A DNA stretch of 64,000 nucleotides from an uncultured Spirochaetota bacterium (GCA_963845535.1 CAWJSK010000019.1:416001-480000), one strand, 5' to 3'. Shown: positions 1 through 9,422, counted from the first letter of the stretch. Notes: generated from the sequence alone by a model not told the origin. Made by a program: numbers and translations.

Positions 1-24
1 AGCCCAGCGACTTCAAGGCCTAAA

Positions 25-120
25 GAGGTCGGTCGAGTGCAGGGATGTACGAGAGACCGACCATAGCCAGGGATGGCGAGGTCGGTCGAGTACAGGGATG
101 TATGAGAGACCGACCATAGC
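25..120 (+). repeat. Direct repeat of a 43-bp palindromic unit (2 copies, 2 mismatches, 10-bp spacer)
   Basis: GAGGTCGGTCGAGT(G/A)CAGGGATGTA(C/T)GAGAGACCGACCATAGC at 25-67 and 78-120; each copy has GGTCGGTC/GACCGACC inverted arms. Confidence 0.95.
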
Positions 121-150
121 AAAGCCGAATTGCGCCTGGTATGCGGGAGC

Positions 151-197
151 AACCCACGGAAGCGCCGCGAAAGCGGTTGCGCGAAGTGGGTTTTTTT
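151..197 (+). terminator. Intrinsic terminator of the + strand transcript
   Basis: AACCCAC...GTGGGTT stem enclosing a CCGC-GAAA-GCGG hairpin, followed by a T7 tract; abuts the stop of the convergent plsC. Confidence 0.65.
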
Positions 198-939
198 ATG
201 CCCCGGCGGCCCGCCATTGGCGGACCTGCTCGGTTATCTCGATTTTGATTCTGGCCAGCAGGTCCAGGATCTCTTTCTTCCCCCGAGGGGCAGGGTACAG
301 GGTCAGAGGCCGTATCCTGTACCACGTCCCGTTCATTTTTGTCAGGATCCGGCCCAGACCGGAAATCCGGTAACCGCCGTCGACGGCCACGGAAAGGACG
401 GGCAGGGGGGACCGTTCCAGGATGATGCGAAACGCGCCGCTTTGGAAATCCTGGACCTCTCCGGTGCGCGACCTCGTTCCCTCCGGGAAAACCGTCGGGC
501 AAATGCCGTCAGCCGAAAGGTCCGCCAGCTTGACCATCGCCCTTCGGCCCGCCCTATAGTCGCTCGTGCGCGATATCACGGCGTGCCTGCCCATTCGTAG
601 CGCCACAGAGACATACGGGACTCCGTACTTGAGCTGGCTTTTTGCGACGAATCGAAGGTGGTGCCCCGGAACCACCAGGGGAAGAAAGACCACGTCGGCA
701 AGGCTCTGGTGATTCGACACCAGCATGAAAGCCCTGGGCAGGGAACCAGCGTAACGTCGAAAGTCGGTGCGCAGTCCTCCAAAGCCCGCAAGGTAGGCAA
801 GCCCTCTTCCAATGGAGAACTGCTGCTCGGTGACTTTCCGCATGGCGTCCTGGGGCCGGAAGACTGCCGTCAGCAAAAGCACCAGTGAGCCGCGCAGGAA
901 CAAGCCAAGCCCGCCAAGGATCAGGACCAGGATTCCCAC
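196..939 (-). CDS. plsC: 1-acyl-sn-glycerol-3-phosphate acyltransferase (lysophospholipid acyltransferase family)
   Basis: NHQSLAD (HxxxxD) and FPEGTRS motifs, N-terminal TM helix. Confidence 0.85.
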   Translation of the reverse strand: MGILVLILGGLGLFLRGSLVLLLTAVFRPQDAMRKVTEQQFSIGRGLAYLAGFGGLRTDFRRYAGSLPRAFMLVSNHQSLADVVFLPLVVPGHHLRFVAKSQLKYGVPYVSVALRMGRHAVISRTSDYRAGRRAMVKLADLSADGICPTVFPEGTRSRTGEVQDFQSGAFRIILERSPLPVLSVAVDGGYRISGLGRILTKMNGTWYRIRPLTLYPAPRGKKEILDLLARIKIEITEQVRQWRAAGA

Positions 940-943
940 TCCG

Positions 944-1828
944 CTACTCCCGAACGTCCGTGATCACCTTCCCTATCTCGCGGATGAAGGCCGGGCTGGT
1001 CCCGCAGCAGCCCCCGATCAGCCTGACGCCGGCCTCCAGGATTGCCGGTACGTAGGAGGCGTACTGTTCGGCGGTGAGGGGGTATGCAACTTTTCCTCCG
1101 ATAATGTGCGGGATGCCCGCATTCGCCTTGACCCAGAGCGGGAGCCGTGTCAGCTCTCGAAGGATGGGGGCGAGCGGAACGTAGTCTTCGATTCCGCTGC
1201 CGCAGTTGGCCCCTATGACGGCGGCCCCTGCCTTCTCCGCTTTCTCCACGCACGCCTCGGGAGGATTGCCCATCATGGTGCGGTAGCCGTGCGGCGTCTT
1301 GTTGTAGGTCATGCTTGCCACGACGGGGAGGCCGGTTTCCTCCGCTGCCGCGGAGACCGCCAGCGCCATTTCTTCAGCGTCCGTCATGGACTCAACGACA
1401 AGCAGGTCCACCCCGCCTTCCGCGAGCGCCAGCGCTTGCTCCGAGAAGGCGCGGCGAAGCTCCTCCGCGGAAACCTCCCCCAGGGCAAGGAAGCGGGCCG
1501 TGGGGCCTATGTCGCCTGCCAGCAGGGCGTTGTCCGCCACGATCTCCCGGGCCAGCGCCGCCGCCGTGCGGTTGATTTCCGCGGCCTTTTCGGAGAGCCC
1601 GTGCGGCTCCAGGCGGAACCGATTGGCCCCGAACGTATTGGTGAGGATGACGCGCGAGCCGGCGGACAGGTAGTCCCGTGTGATCTCCTGCACCATCTCG
1701 GGATGGGTCAGGTTCCACTCGTCAGGCGGGCACCCGGGCATGAGGCCCCGCTCGAAGAACTCGGTTCCCCAGGCGCCGTCCAGGAGAAGGGTTTTTTCCT
1801 TGCGAAGCAATTTCTCGAGCTCATTCAT
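944..1828 (-). CDS. Homocysteine S-methyltransferase family protein (stand-alone MetH Hcy-binding domain)
   Basis: LLDGAWGT, TNTFGAN, GANC and IGGCCGT Zn-binding motifs. Confidence 0.9.
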   Translation of the reverse strand: MNELEKLLRKEKTLLLDGAWGTEFFERGLMPGCPPDEWNLTHPEMVQEITRDYLSAGSRVILTNTFGANRFRLEPHGLSEKAAEINRTAAALAREIVADNALLAGDIGPTARFLALGEVSAEELRRAFSEQALALAEGGVDLLVVESMTDAEEMALAVSAAAEETGLPVVASMTYNKTPHGYRTMMGNPPEACVEKAEKAGAAVIGANCGSGIEDYVPLAPILRELTRLPLWVKANAGIPHIIGGKVAYPLTAEQYASYVPAILEAGVRLIGGCCGTSPAFIREIGKVITDVRE

Positions 1829-1895
1829 TCTGCGGCCATAGTACCGCGCGGCCGCCCTTGTGAAAAGGAGCCCGTTTCGCTACCCTGACCGCCGG

Positions 1896-3128
1896 ATGCG
1901 GGTTTTCCTCATCATCTATGCGGTCTACAGCGCAATCATCCTGGCTTTTCACCTCGCCCTTTCCGTTGGGCTGGTGCGCAATATCTTTTTGGATCGGCGT
2001 GTCCGGAAACAACGGCGCACCGCGCGTTCGGCCACCGCGCGTTCGGCCGCGGCGCGGAGACCGCGCGCGGAAGTGGTGGTCGCCGTACGCAACGAGGAGA
2101 AGACGCTTCCGGCCCTGCTTTCCTCACTTCGCGCGCAGACCGTCCCCGAGGTGAGGTTCCTCTTCGTGGATGATCGCTCCACGGATGCCACACCGGAGCT
2201 TCTTGACGAGTTTTGCGCCCAACTCGGTGACGACAAGGCGCGGGTGATCCACAATTCCAAGGAGCCCGAGGGGCTCACCGGCAAGCAGGCGGCGCTCGAT
2301 CTCGCCTTCGAGGCGTGTCGCGGCGACGTGCTTCTTTTTACGGACGGGGACTGCACGGTGCCGCCGGGCTGGTCGGAGGAGATGCTGGCCTGCTTTCAAG
2401 ACCCCGCTGTCGGCGTGGTGATCAGCCGCATCGAGCTGGAGGCGGACGGGAGCTTCCTCCAACGCTTCCAGGCTTTCGAGCAGCCTCTCTTGAACCAATA
2501 CAACCTGGGGTCCGTGGGCATCGGCCTGGCGACGGGGTGCTTCGGGAACAACATGGCGGTGCGCGCCGAAGCCGTGAAGGCCACCGGCGGGTTCCACGCG
2601 CTGGGCTACTCGGTCACGGAGGATGCAATGCTCCTGGACGCGGTGTGCCGCACGGGGGGCTGGAGTCCGCGGGCGCGTGTCAGCGCTGCCGGCGCCGCGC
2701 GCACCGTGGGGACCGTTCGCTGGGCTGACTACGTGAACCAGCACACGCGGTGGAACGCGGGAGGCCTTTTCTCCGAAGACCTCATCACGCGGATATCGTA
2801 CATCTTCGTCGTCCTGATCTACCTTACGGCCACCGTGTTTCTCCTGCCCGTCGGCATCCTGGACTGGCGCATTTCGGTCCTTTCCCTTACTTCGTTCGTC
2901 AGCATCGGCTTGCTGGGGGCAATCGGCGGGCTGTATGAAGGGAAGGACCGGCTCGGATATTACATCACGTTCCTGCCGTTCCTTGTCTTCTTCGGTTTTT
3001 TCTATGTCTTCGTCACGTTGAGGGCTTTTGCCATGAGGCCATTCGAATGGAAGGGGAGAGTGCTCACCGCCCGGTCCGGCCTCCGGCGAACTCCCGCTGG
3101 ACAAGAGCCAGGAACGCCTGCGGGGTGA
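1896..3128 (+). CDS. Glycosyltransferase family 2, membrane-bound
   Basis: VDDRSTD, FTDGD (DxD), TED and QHTRW (QxxRW) motifs; N- and C-terminal TM segments. ATG 1896 preferred over GTG 1860. Confidence 0.85.
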   Translation: MRVFLIIYAVYSAIILAFHLALSVGLVRNIFLDRRVRKQRRTARSATARSAAARRPRAEVVVAVRNEEKTLPALLSSLRAQTVPEVRFLFVDDRSTDATPELLDEFCAQLGDDKARVIHNSKEPEGLTGKQAALDLAFEACRGDVLLFTDGDCTVPPGWSEEMLACFQDPAVGVVISRIELEADGSFLQRFQAFEQPLLNQYNLGSVGIGLATGCFGNNMAVRAEAVKATGGFHALGYSVTEDAMLLDAVCRTGGWSPRARVSAAGAARTVGTVRWADYVNQHTRWNAGGLFSEDLITRISYIFVVLIYLTATVFLLPVGILDWRISVLSLTSFVSIGLLGAIGGLYEGKDRLGYYITFLPFLVFFGFFYVFVTLRAFAMRPFEWKGRVLTARSGLRRTPAGQEPGTPAG

Positions 3129-3849
3129 GGATGGGCACCCGCAGCGGTTCCCGCAGCCATTCCTCCTTGACGTACCCCCATGTTGCAAGAAGCGTCCTGA
3201 TCCGGGGAAGGCTCTTTCGGGTCAGGTCCGGGACAGCGGCCTCTTCGCACAGGAGGTGATCGATCTGGTCGTCCACAAAAGTCGCCTCGGTGAACCCGCC
3301 CTCCCTGCCGACCCGCGCCACGATATCGAGCTTCTTCTCTGATCCGCTGTAGATGATCCTTTCCCGTGGGAGATCGATTTTCTTGGCTGCAAGGATCTCC
3401 GCAATGAACTCGGCCTTTTTCGTGGAGAGGATGTACACGGGGGCGCCGCCGGACAATCGGGAGAAGGCCGCTGCCACGTGCGGGTAGATCCTGTTCATGG
3501 CAAGCCATGATTGCCTGTCGTTTTCCAGCAGATCGGCCCGCGCCCTGTAGAAAAGCTCGTGGAAGAGCCGGAGCTTCTCCTCGCCGGCCGCGCGCGCAAT
3601 GGCATCGAACTCGGATTGCCGGGTAACGTTCTCCCCTTTGTCCAGGATCTCCTGGATGAGCATGAAGTCCGCGCCGCCCCTGACGAGCGGCCGAAGGCGG
3701 GCAAAGTCACGCCGAAGGCTCACCGGCATGTACGCGGGGTGCCGCTGCAGGTAGAGGTCGAAATAGGCGATCCAGGAGCTGGCGAAGCATTCGTCGATGG
3801 AGTCGCAGATGACCCCGTCGAAATCAAGCACAAGCGCGCCCGTGCTCAT
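3064..3849 (-). CDS. HAD-superfamily hydrolase
   Basis: Motif I DFDGVICDS, LSTK, FVDD; start overlaps the stop of the upstream LarA-like gene. Confidence 0.8.
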   Translation of the reverse strand: MSTGALVLDFDGVICDSIDECFASSWIAYFDLYLQRHPAYMPVSLRRDFARLRPLVRGGADFMLIQEILDKGENVTRQSEFDAIARAAGEEKLRLFHELFYRARADLLENDRQSWLAMNRIYPHVAAAFSRLSGGAPVYILSTKKAEFIAEILAAKKIDLPRERIIYSGSEKKLDIVARVGREGGFTEATFVDDQIDHLLCEEAAVPDLTRKSLPRIRTLLATWGYVKEEWLREPLRVPILTPQAFLALVQREFAGGRTGR

Positions 3850-5120
3850 GGGCTGGCGGCCACCCGGTCCTTTGCCAGTCGGTGGAGTATCTCCCCCGCG
3901 TGGTCCACGAAGAGAACGCCCTCATCCTCCCTGCCCTGGTAGTCCTCCACGCGGATGGCTGCCGGGTTGCGGTACCCGAGGTTGATCTTCCTGCACGTCT
4001 CCTCTGGTATGGCGGTGGCGAGCACGACGTCGATTCGAGGCTTCTCCACGCCGTCCACGCAGACGCCGATCCCGCGAACGTGAGTGGAATGCGCCAGCAC
4101 TCCCCGCGGGATGTCGCGGAACTGGTCCATCCGTCCCAGGAACCAGTCGCGCACGTGGTAGCCGGTGCGCTCGAGATAGCGGCCCCACGTGCGCGAGACT
4201 TCCCGCACGTGCGGCGCATAGATGATGAGGGTCCCGCCGGGAGCCACCACGGGCTCGAGCTTGTACATCACCTTGCCGGCGGTCCACAGCTCGTCGTACA
4301 TCTCGGGCGCCCTGCCGAGCACGGTCTGGTACGGCTTGTCCTTGTAGACGATATGGATTTGCGCGGACAGGTCCGCGGCGTCTGACCACGCCTCCTCAGG
4401 GGTGCCGGCGAAAAGGCCGGCGAGCGCGCCGTCCGGCCGCACCACCATGGCCAGGCAGGCGCGCGGCGTGGTGATCAAGGACGCCGCCATGTCGACCAGG
4501 GCCCGGACGGGGGTGGTCTTGCGTCCGATGATCTCGGGACACGTCACGACCGCGCCGAGCCAGTGGAAGAAATGGAGGAAGTCGCCACCGGATATGCCCG
4601 GGAACAGGTACTTGTTTCCGCCCGAAAACCCCACGACCTCATGGGGGAAGACGGGACCGAGGATGAGGATGAGGTCATAGTCGAAGACCGCGGAGTTGAT
4701 GACCACATCGACGCTCTCATGGAAGAGCCCGCCGGAAAGGCTGTCGATCTTTTCCGCGGAGAACGTCCCGATCTTCCGCAGCGTGGTGGGAAGGTCCCAG
4801 CGATGGTTGAAGAACCGGCTGCCGGGGAACACCCTCTCTTTCTGACCCGCGGGAATGCCAAAAAGCGCGTCGATCCTCTCCTCGCTGAGGACCGTGTGGG
4901 TGCCCAGGGCGACCATGAAATCCAGCCGGGACGCCCGCTTGCCAATGACGTCTTTGACGATCCTTGCCATGAGCGGCAACGGGCACGTTCGCGTGGGGTC
5001 CGGGGTGAGCACGAGCACGCGTTTCCTCGTGATCATGCTGGACGGGATTCCCCTTTCCACGATCCCCCGGATGTCACCCTCTGTGAGCCTTGCTTGCGCG
5101 TTCCCGCTTCCTGTCGCCAT
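3846..5120 (-). CDS. LarA-family (lactate racemase domain, DUF2088) racemase/epimerase
   Basis: PDPTR, ALGTH and FPHEVVGFSGGNK motifs typical of LarA homologs. Confidence 0.8.
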   Translation of the reverse strand: MATGSGNAQARLTEGDIRGIVERGIPSSMITRKRVLVLTPDPTRTCPLPLMARIVKDVIGKRASRLDFMVALGTHTVLSEERIDALFGIPAGQKERVFPGSRFFNHRWDLPTTLRKIGTFSAEKIDSLSGGLFHESVDVVINSAVFDYDLILILGPVFPHEVVGFSGGNKYLFPGISGGDFLHFFHWLGAVVTCPEIIGRKTTPVRALVDMAASLITTPRACLAMVVRPDGALAGLFAGTPEEAWSDAADLSAQIHIVYKDKPYQTVLGRAPEMYDELWTAGKVMYKLEPVVAPGGTLIIYAPHVREVSRTWGRYLERTGYHVRDWFLGRMDQFRDIPRGVLAHSTHVRGIGVCVDGVEKPRIDVVLATAIPEETCRKINLGYRNPAAIRVEDYQGREDEGVLFVDHAGEILHRLAKDRVAASP

Positions 5121-5260
5121 TCGAAGTCTCTCCCCCCCGCCTTTTGCATTCTAGGATACTGGAAAACATCATTCGGAAAAAGGGCGTGAGCGGGGCCAGT
5201 TCCGCGCAGAGCCCGACGCATTTGGTGTACCATCTCCACAGCTTCAGGTATATTGCAGCC

Positions 5261-6636
5261 GTGGAAAAGCTCATTTTCAGGGATTTTCTCTCCCGCTTCG
5301 ACGCCCAGGGACAGTTTCCCTGCTCGTGCGGCTTGACTCACGGCATCAGCGTCAGGAACGTGGTGGTTGAGGCTGGCGCCCTTGCGCGCGGCGCTTCCCT
5401 GCTGGCTGATGAAATGGGCTCAAAAGCCGCGGTCTGGGTTCTCAGTGACGAAAACACTGAGCGCGCGGCTGGAGCGGAGTGGAAAAAACGGCTCTCTTCA
5501 CCGCGGATCGTTTCCCATGTCCTGCCCGGCAACCCCGGCCGGTTCCAAGCGCCGAGCTTGCCGCCGAGCTTGCCGGGGAAGTCCGGGCAGCCTCCGCGGA
5601 CGTCCTTGTATCCGTGGGCAGCGGTGTGATAAGCGACCTGGTGAAGAAGGTCTCCCGGGACACCGGTGTGCCGAACTGGTGCGTCGCCACCGCTGCTTCC
5701 GTGGACGCGTTCTCCTCCGCCACCGCGGCCATCCACGTGGGCGGCTTCCACAACGCGGTTCCCGCGGCCGTGTCGCGGACAATCATCTGCGACCTGGAGG
5801 TAATCGAGAAGGCGCCGGGGATCATGATCCTGGCGGGCCTCGGCGACCTGCTTGCAAAGTTCATTGCGTACCTGGACTGGAACCTGTCCAGGATCATGAC
5901 CGGGGAACACTACTGCCCGATCATCTCCGGCGCGGCCATCGAGTCCGCCAGGCTTGCGCTGAAAGCGGCGCGGCGCCTGGAGGACGACCCTCGGGAGGCA
6001 GCCCGGGCGATGACGGATGCCGTGCTCACTTCGGGCTTTGCCATGCAGGCGTTCGGGGGCTCACGCCCCGCGGCTTCAGCCGAGCATACGGTGGCCCACT
6101 TCTGGGAAATTGCAGACGCCGTGCCGGTGGAACCGCTGGATCTCCACGGCATTCTCGTGGGCGTGGCCAGCCGGATCATTCTCCAGGGGTACACGGAGCT
6201 CTACAAAGCCATCGAGCGCCACACGACGGACGCGGACAGGCGGCTCCGAGAGTTCGACGCGGAGCCATCATGGGAAAAGAGCATGGAGCCGGGGCTCAAG
6301 CCGTACTCCGGGAAGGTGCGCGCCGAGATGGGTCTGAGAAAGTTCGACCGCGGAATCCTCGCGGAGAGGCTTTCGAGATTTGAAGCCGAGAAAGGCTCCA
6401 TTCTCCAAGCCGCAGTTCCGCTCCTGGAAGAGCTGTCGGCAGCCGTTGAGCTGCTGTCGTCTCTTGACTACCCGTTCTCCTACCGCGAGCTGGGCATCAG
6501 CACGGAGCAATGTCTGCTCCCGTGTCGCAATGTCCGCCTGCTGCGCTCCCGCTACTCGACGTTCGACCTGGCGTATGAGCTGGGCATGGAAAGCGACCTC
6601 TACGGGAACATCGAACGAAACGTGAGGGGGGGATGA
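5261..6636 (+). CDS. sn-glycerol-1-phosphate dehydrogenase-like (AraM/EgsA family), split by a 1-bp frameshift near 5533-5536
   Basis: Frame A from GTG 5261 has the CSCGLTH start typical of AraM and VLSDENT. Frame B has VGSGVISDLVK, TAASVDAF, GDLLAK, ASAEHTVAHFWE and HGILVG. One extra C in CCCC joins them (LPGNP-RPVPS). Confidence 0.8.
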
Positions 6637-7092
6637 TCAGATGCAGAAATCCTGGCCGGACCCCAGTCTTGCATAGTACTTCTTGCCGTTCTTTTCCATA
6701 ATGTCTTTCAACGTCACGCTGGACAGGTAATCTTCCATTATCTTCTGCAGCCCGGTCCATATCTCGTGCGCCGGGCACGGCTCCGGCCTGTCGCAAAGCG
6801 TCTTGCGGCGAAGCGTGCACGGGGTGAGCCCGTGGGTTTCACCAACTGCCGCGAGGATGTGGGCCACGGAGATTTCCCCGGGTTTCCTGTTGAGCACGAA
6901 CCCGCCGCCGGGTCCCCGTATGGAACGGATCAAGCCTGCCTTCTTCAGCTTGAAGAAAATCTGCTCCAGAAACTCGGAGGAAACCTTTTCTTCCGTGGCG
7001 ATAGAGCTGATGGAAATGGGACGGTTATGGTGCGCCATCGCGAGGTTGATGACTGCCCGCAGGCCGTATCTCCCCTTGGTTGTGATCCTCAT
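6637..7092 (-). CDS. Rrf2 family transcriptional regulator (IscR-like, 3 Cys + His)
   Basis: MRITTKGRYGLRA, FLEQIF, SIRGPGGGF; C-x7-C-x5-C-x2-H. Confidence 0.9.
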   Translation of the reverse strand: MRITTKGRYGLRAVINLAMAHHNRPISISSIATEEKVSSEFLEQIFFKLKKAGLIRSIRGPGGGFVLNRKPGEISVAHILAAVGETHGLTPCTLRRKTLCDRPEPCPAHEIWTGLQKIMEDYLSSVTLKDIMEKNGKKYYARLGSGQDFCI

Positions 7093-7170
7093 CTGTTTCT
7101 GGCCTTGTCATGATTATATTATTGTTATTGTAATGATTTATCAACTGGCGATGGCAATAAACGTGAAAAC

Positions 7171-9336
7171 ATGAGAGGCGTCAGGCTCGTTGCTTTCCTT
7201 GCAGCGCTGTTTTTCCCGATGCTTTGCGCAGCGGAGTCCCTCGCGGTCGGCCCCGTGAAGGCGCGGCTTGTCGCGGAGAGCACTTCCATCCGCCCGGGAA
7301 CGCCGTTCTTGGTTGCAGTAGCGTTCCAAATGGGGCCAGGGTGGCACATATACTGGAGCAATCCAGGCAACACGGGGCTTCCGACCACCATTGCGTGGGA
7401 CCTCCCGAACGGCTTTCACGCGAGCAGCGTCATGTGGCCGGCTCCGCACAGATTTATTTCGCAAGGGCTCGCGTCCTATGGCTATGAGCGTGAAGTATCG
7501 CTCCTGACTCGAATAACTCCGCCGGCAAGTCTGCCGCCGGAGGGCGTGATCTTTCACGCGCGCGTGAGCTGGCTTGCCTGCCAGATCGAATGCACTCCGG
7601 GGAAGGCGGACCTTTCCTTTTCGCTGCCGGTTGGCCCGGGCGCCCCCATTGCGGACAAGCGTTCGGCGTCGCTTCTGAAGGAAGCGGCTTCCATGGTTCC
7701 CACGGCAGCCCCCGGGACGCGGTTCAGCTCCACAATGCAGGGAGACCGGATACTGCTTCGCGCTGACGGTCTTTCCGTTGCTCCTGATGCCACGGTGTAC
7801 TTTGTCCCATCGGATCCCGGCGTCCTTGCCGAAGGCGCCGCGCAGAACGCGCGCGTGGCCTCCGGGTCCGTGACCGTCGAGATGGCAGCCGCGGCGAAAC
7901 AACCGGGCGCGCGCAGGGTCCGTGGCGTGCTGGTGGTCTTGGGCCAGGCGGGCGCGCGCGGGTTCGATGTCGACACGGCGGCCGTTGGCGACGCAGGGGC
8001 CGCCGGCGCCCGAGCCGGAGCTGCGGGCGCAGCCGGGGCTTTTTCGAGCGGCGTCGCAAGCGGCACGGCAGGGGCTGGCTCTTTCCTGATTGCCCTGGCG
8101 CTGGCTTTTGTCGGCGGGCTCATCCTGAACCTCATGCCGTGCGTGCTTCCGGTAGTCTCGCTGAAGATCCTTTCCTTCGTGCGCGTCTCAGGTGAAAGCG
8201 GTGGAAGCGCCGTCCGACACGGGCTTCTCTTCGCTGCCGGCGTCCTCGTTTCCTTCTGGGCCATTGCCGGCATCCTCGTCGGCCTGCGCGCGGGCGGCCA
8301 GCTCGTGGGGTGGGGCTTCCAGTTCCAAAGCCCCGCCGTCGTGGCGGTGACCGCTTCCCTTTTCTTCCTGATAGCCCTGAACCTGCTGGACGTCTTCGAG
8401 CTTCGCCTGCCCATTCGCGTGTCCGCGCCGACCACCGGCGGCGGGGCAGGGGCATTCCTGAGCGGGCTTCTGGCAACAGTGGTGGCAACGCCGTGCACGG
8501 CGCCGTTCATGGGCGGCGCGCTCGGGTATGCGCTCACGCAGCCCCCGGCGCTCGGCTTCGGGGTATTCAGCGCGCTCGCGGTCGGGCTGGCCGCCCCGTA
8601 CGTGATCTTGTCGGCCATTCCGGGGCTCGTGAAACGGATCCCCAAGCCCGGGCGCTGGATGGTCACGCTGCGGCAGGTCCTCGCCTTTCCGATGCTGGGA
8701 GCCGTGATCTGGATGCTCTACGTGCTCTATATGCTGGCGGGTTTCCCGGCGCTCATGACGCTCCTCTCCGCGCTTCTCTTGGCCGGCCTTGGCGTGTGGA
8801 TATATGGTCGATGGGGAGGCCTGGACCGAAGCGCGCGCTCCCGCCTCATCTCCGCGAGCCTGGCCGCGTTGCTTGTGCTCGGCGGGACGGCGTTTTCCGC
8901 TGTTACCTCGGGGAGCGCGCCAGCGGCGGCCGCCGCGCAGACCGCGGCAGCAGCGCCGCCTGCAGCCGCCGTGGCTGATCCCGCGCCAGGCTCGGCATGG
9001 GAAAGCTGGAGCCCGCAACGGGTCGCAGAGCTGCAGGCGGCCGGCACCCCGGTGTTCGTGGACTTTACGGCAAAGTGGTGCCTTACCTGCCAAGTGAATG
9101 AACGCGTGACCCTCCGCGCGCCGGCGGTCGAGCGCGCCTTCCGTTCGGCGGGCATCGCCACGCTCAAGGCGGACTGGACGGACCGCAGCGACGAAATCGC
9201 CAGGACGCTTGCGGCCTTCGGCCGGGCCGGAGTGCCGGTGTACGTGTTGTACCCGCGGGGCGCGGCGTCTCCCATCCTGCTGCCTGAGCTGCTCACGCCC
9301 GGGGTGGTCATTGAGGCGCTGGACAAGCTCCGCTGA
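7171..9336 (+). CDS. Protein-disulfide reductase DsbD family (N-domain + TM + thioredoxin)
   Basis: Signal peptide, GWHIYWSNPG, ACQIEC, LNLMPCVLP, ATPCTAP and WCLTC. Confidence 0.9.
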   Translation: MRGVRLVAFLAALFFPMLCAAESLAVGPVKARLVAESTSIRPGTPFLVAVAFQMGPGWHIYWSNPGNTGLPTTIAWDLPNGFHASSVMWPAPHRFISQGLASYGYEREVSLLTRITPPASLPPEGVIFHARVSWLACQIECTPGKADLSFSLPVGPGAPIADKRSASLLKEAASMVPTAAPGTRFSSTMQGDRILLRADGLSVAPDATVYFVPSDPGVLAEGAAQNARVASGSVTVEMAAAAKQPGARRVRGVLVVLGQAGARGFDVDTAAVGDAGAAGARAGAAGAAGAFSSGVASGTAGAGSFLIALALAFVGGLILNLMPCVLPVVSLKILSFVRVSGESGGSAVRHGLLFAAGVLVSFWAIAGILVGLRAGGQLVGWGFQFQSPAVVAVTASLFFLIALNLLDVFELRLPIRVSAPTTGGGAGAFLSGLLATVVATPCTAPFMGGALGYALTQPPALGFGVFSALAVGLAAPYVILSAIPGLVKRIPKPGRWMVTLRQVLAFPMLGAVIWMLYVLYMLAGFPALMTLLSALLLAGLGVWIYGRWGGLDRSARSRLISASLAALLVLGGTAFSAVTSGSAPAAAAAQTAAAAPPAAAVADPAPGSAWESWSPQRVAELQAAGTPVFVDFTAKWCLTCQVNERVTLRAPAVERAFRSAGIATLKADWTDRSDEIARTLAAFGRAGVPVYVLYPRGAASPILLPELLTPGVVIEALDKLR

Positions 9337-9393
9337 ACGCGTCGTGGCGGTTTCTGCGGGGACCGCTTCGGCATCGGCTTCGACGCGCGCTCG

Positions 9394-9422
9394 TTGACCC
9401 CTTATGTCGGCGTCACTATAAT
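9394..9422 (+). promoter_or_regulatory. Sigma70 promoter of the gltX-glyQS-tyrS operon
   Basis: TTGACC-N17-TATAAT. Confidence 0.75.

Larger units (their letters stand above)
1..197 (+). ncRNA. Putative structured small RNA (3' part, truncated by window edge) with CsrA/RsmA-type GGA hairpins
   Basis: Two 43-nt near-identical hairpin units (25-67, 78-120) with GT(G/A)CA-GGGA-TGTA(C/T) apical stems, a third GCCA-GGGA-TGGC hairpin between them (66-77), then a stem and U-tract; no credible ORF. Confidence 0.5.

Noticed and set aside
25..120. CRISPR array
   Set aside because: Only two repeats, a 10-nt spacer that is itself a GGA hairpin, and no cas genes in the window.
1..197. 6S RNA, SAM-I or c-di-GMP-I riboswitch
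   Set aside because: Only short word matches (AGCCCAGC, CCTAAAG, CAACCCAC); the conserved cores are absent and no same-strand gene follows. Cannot be fully excluded without upstream sequence.
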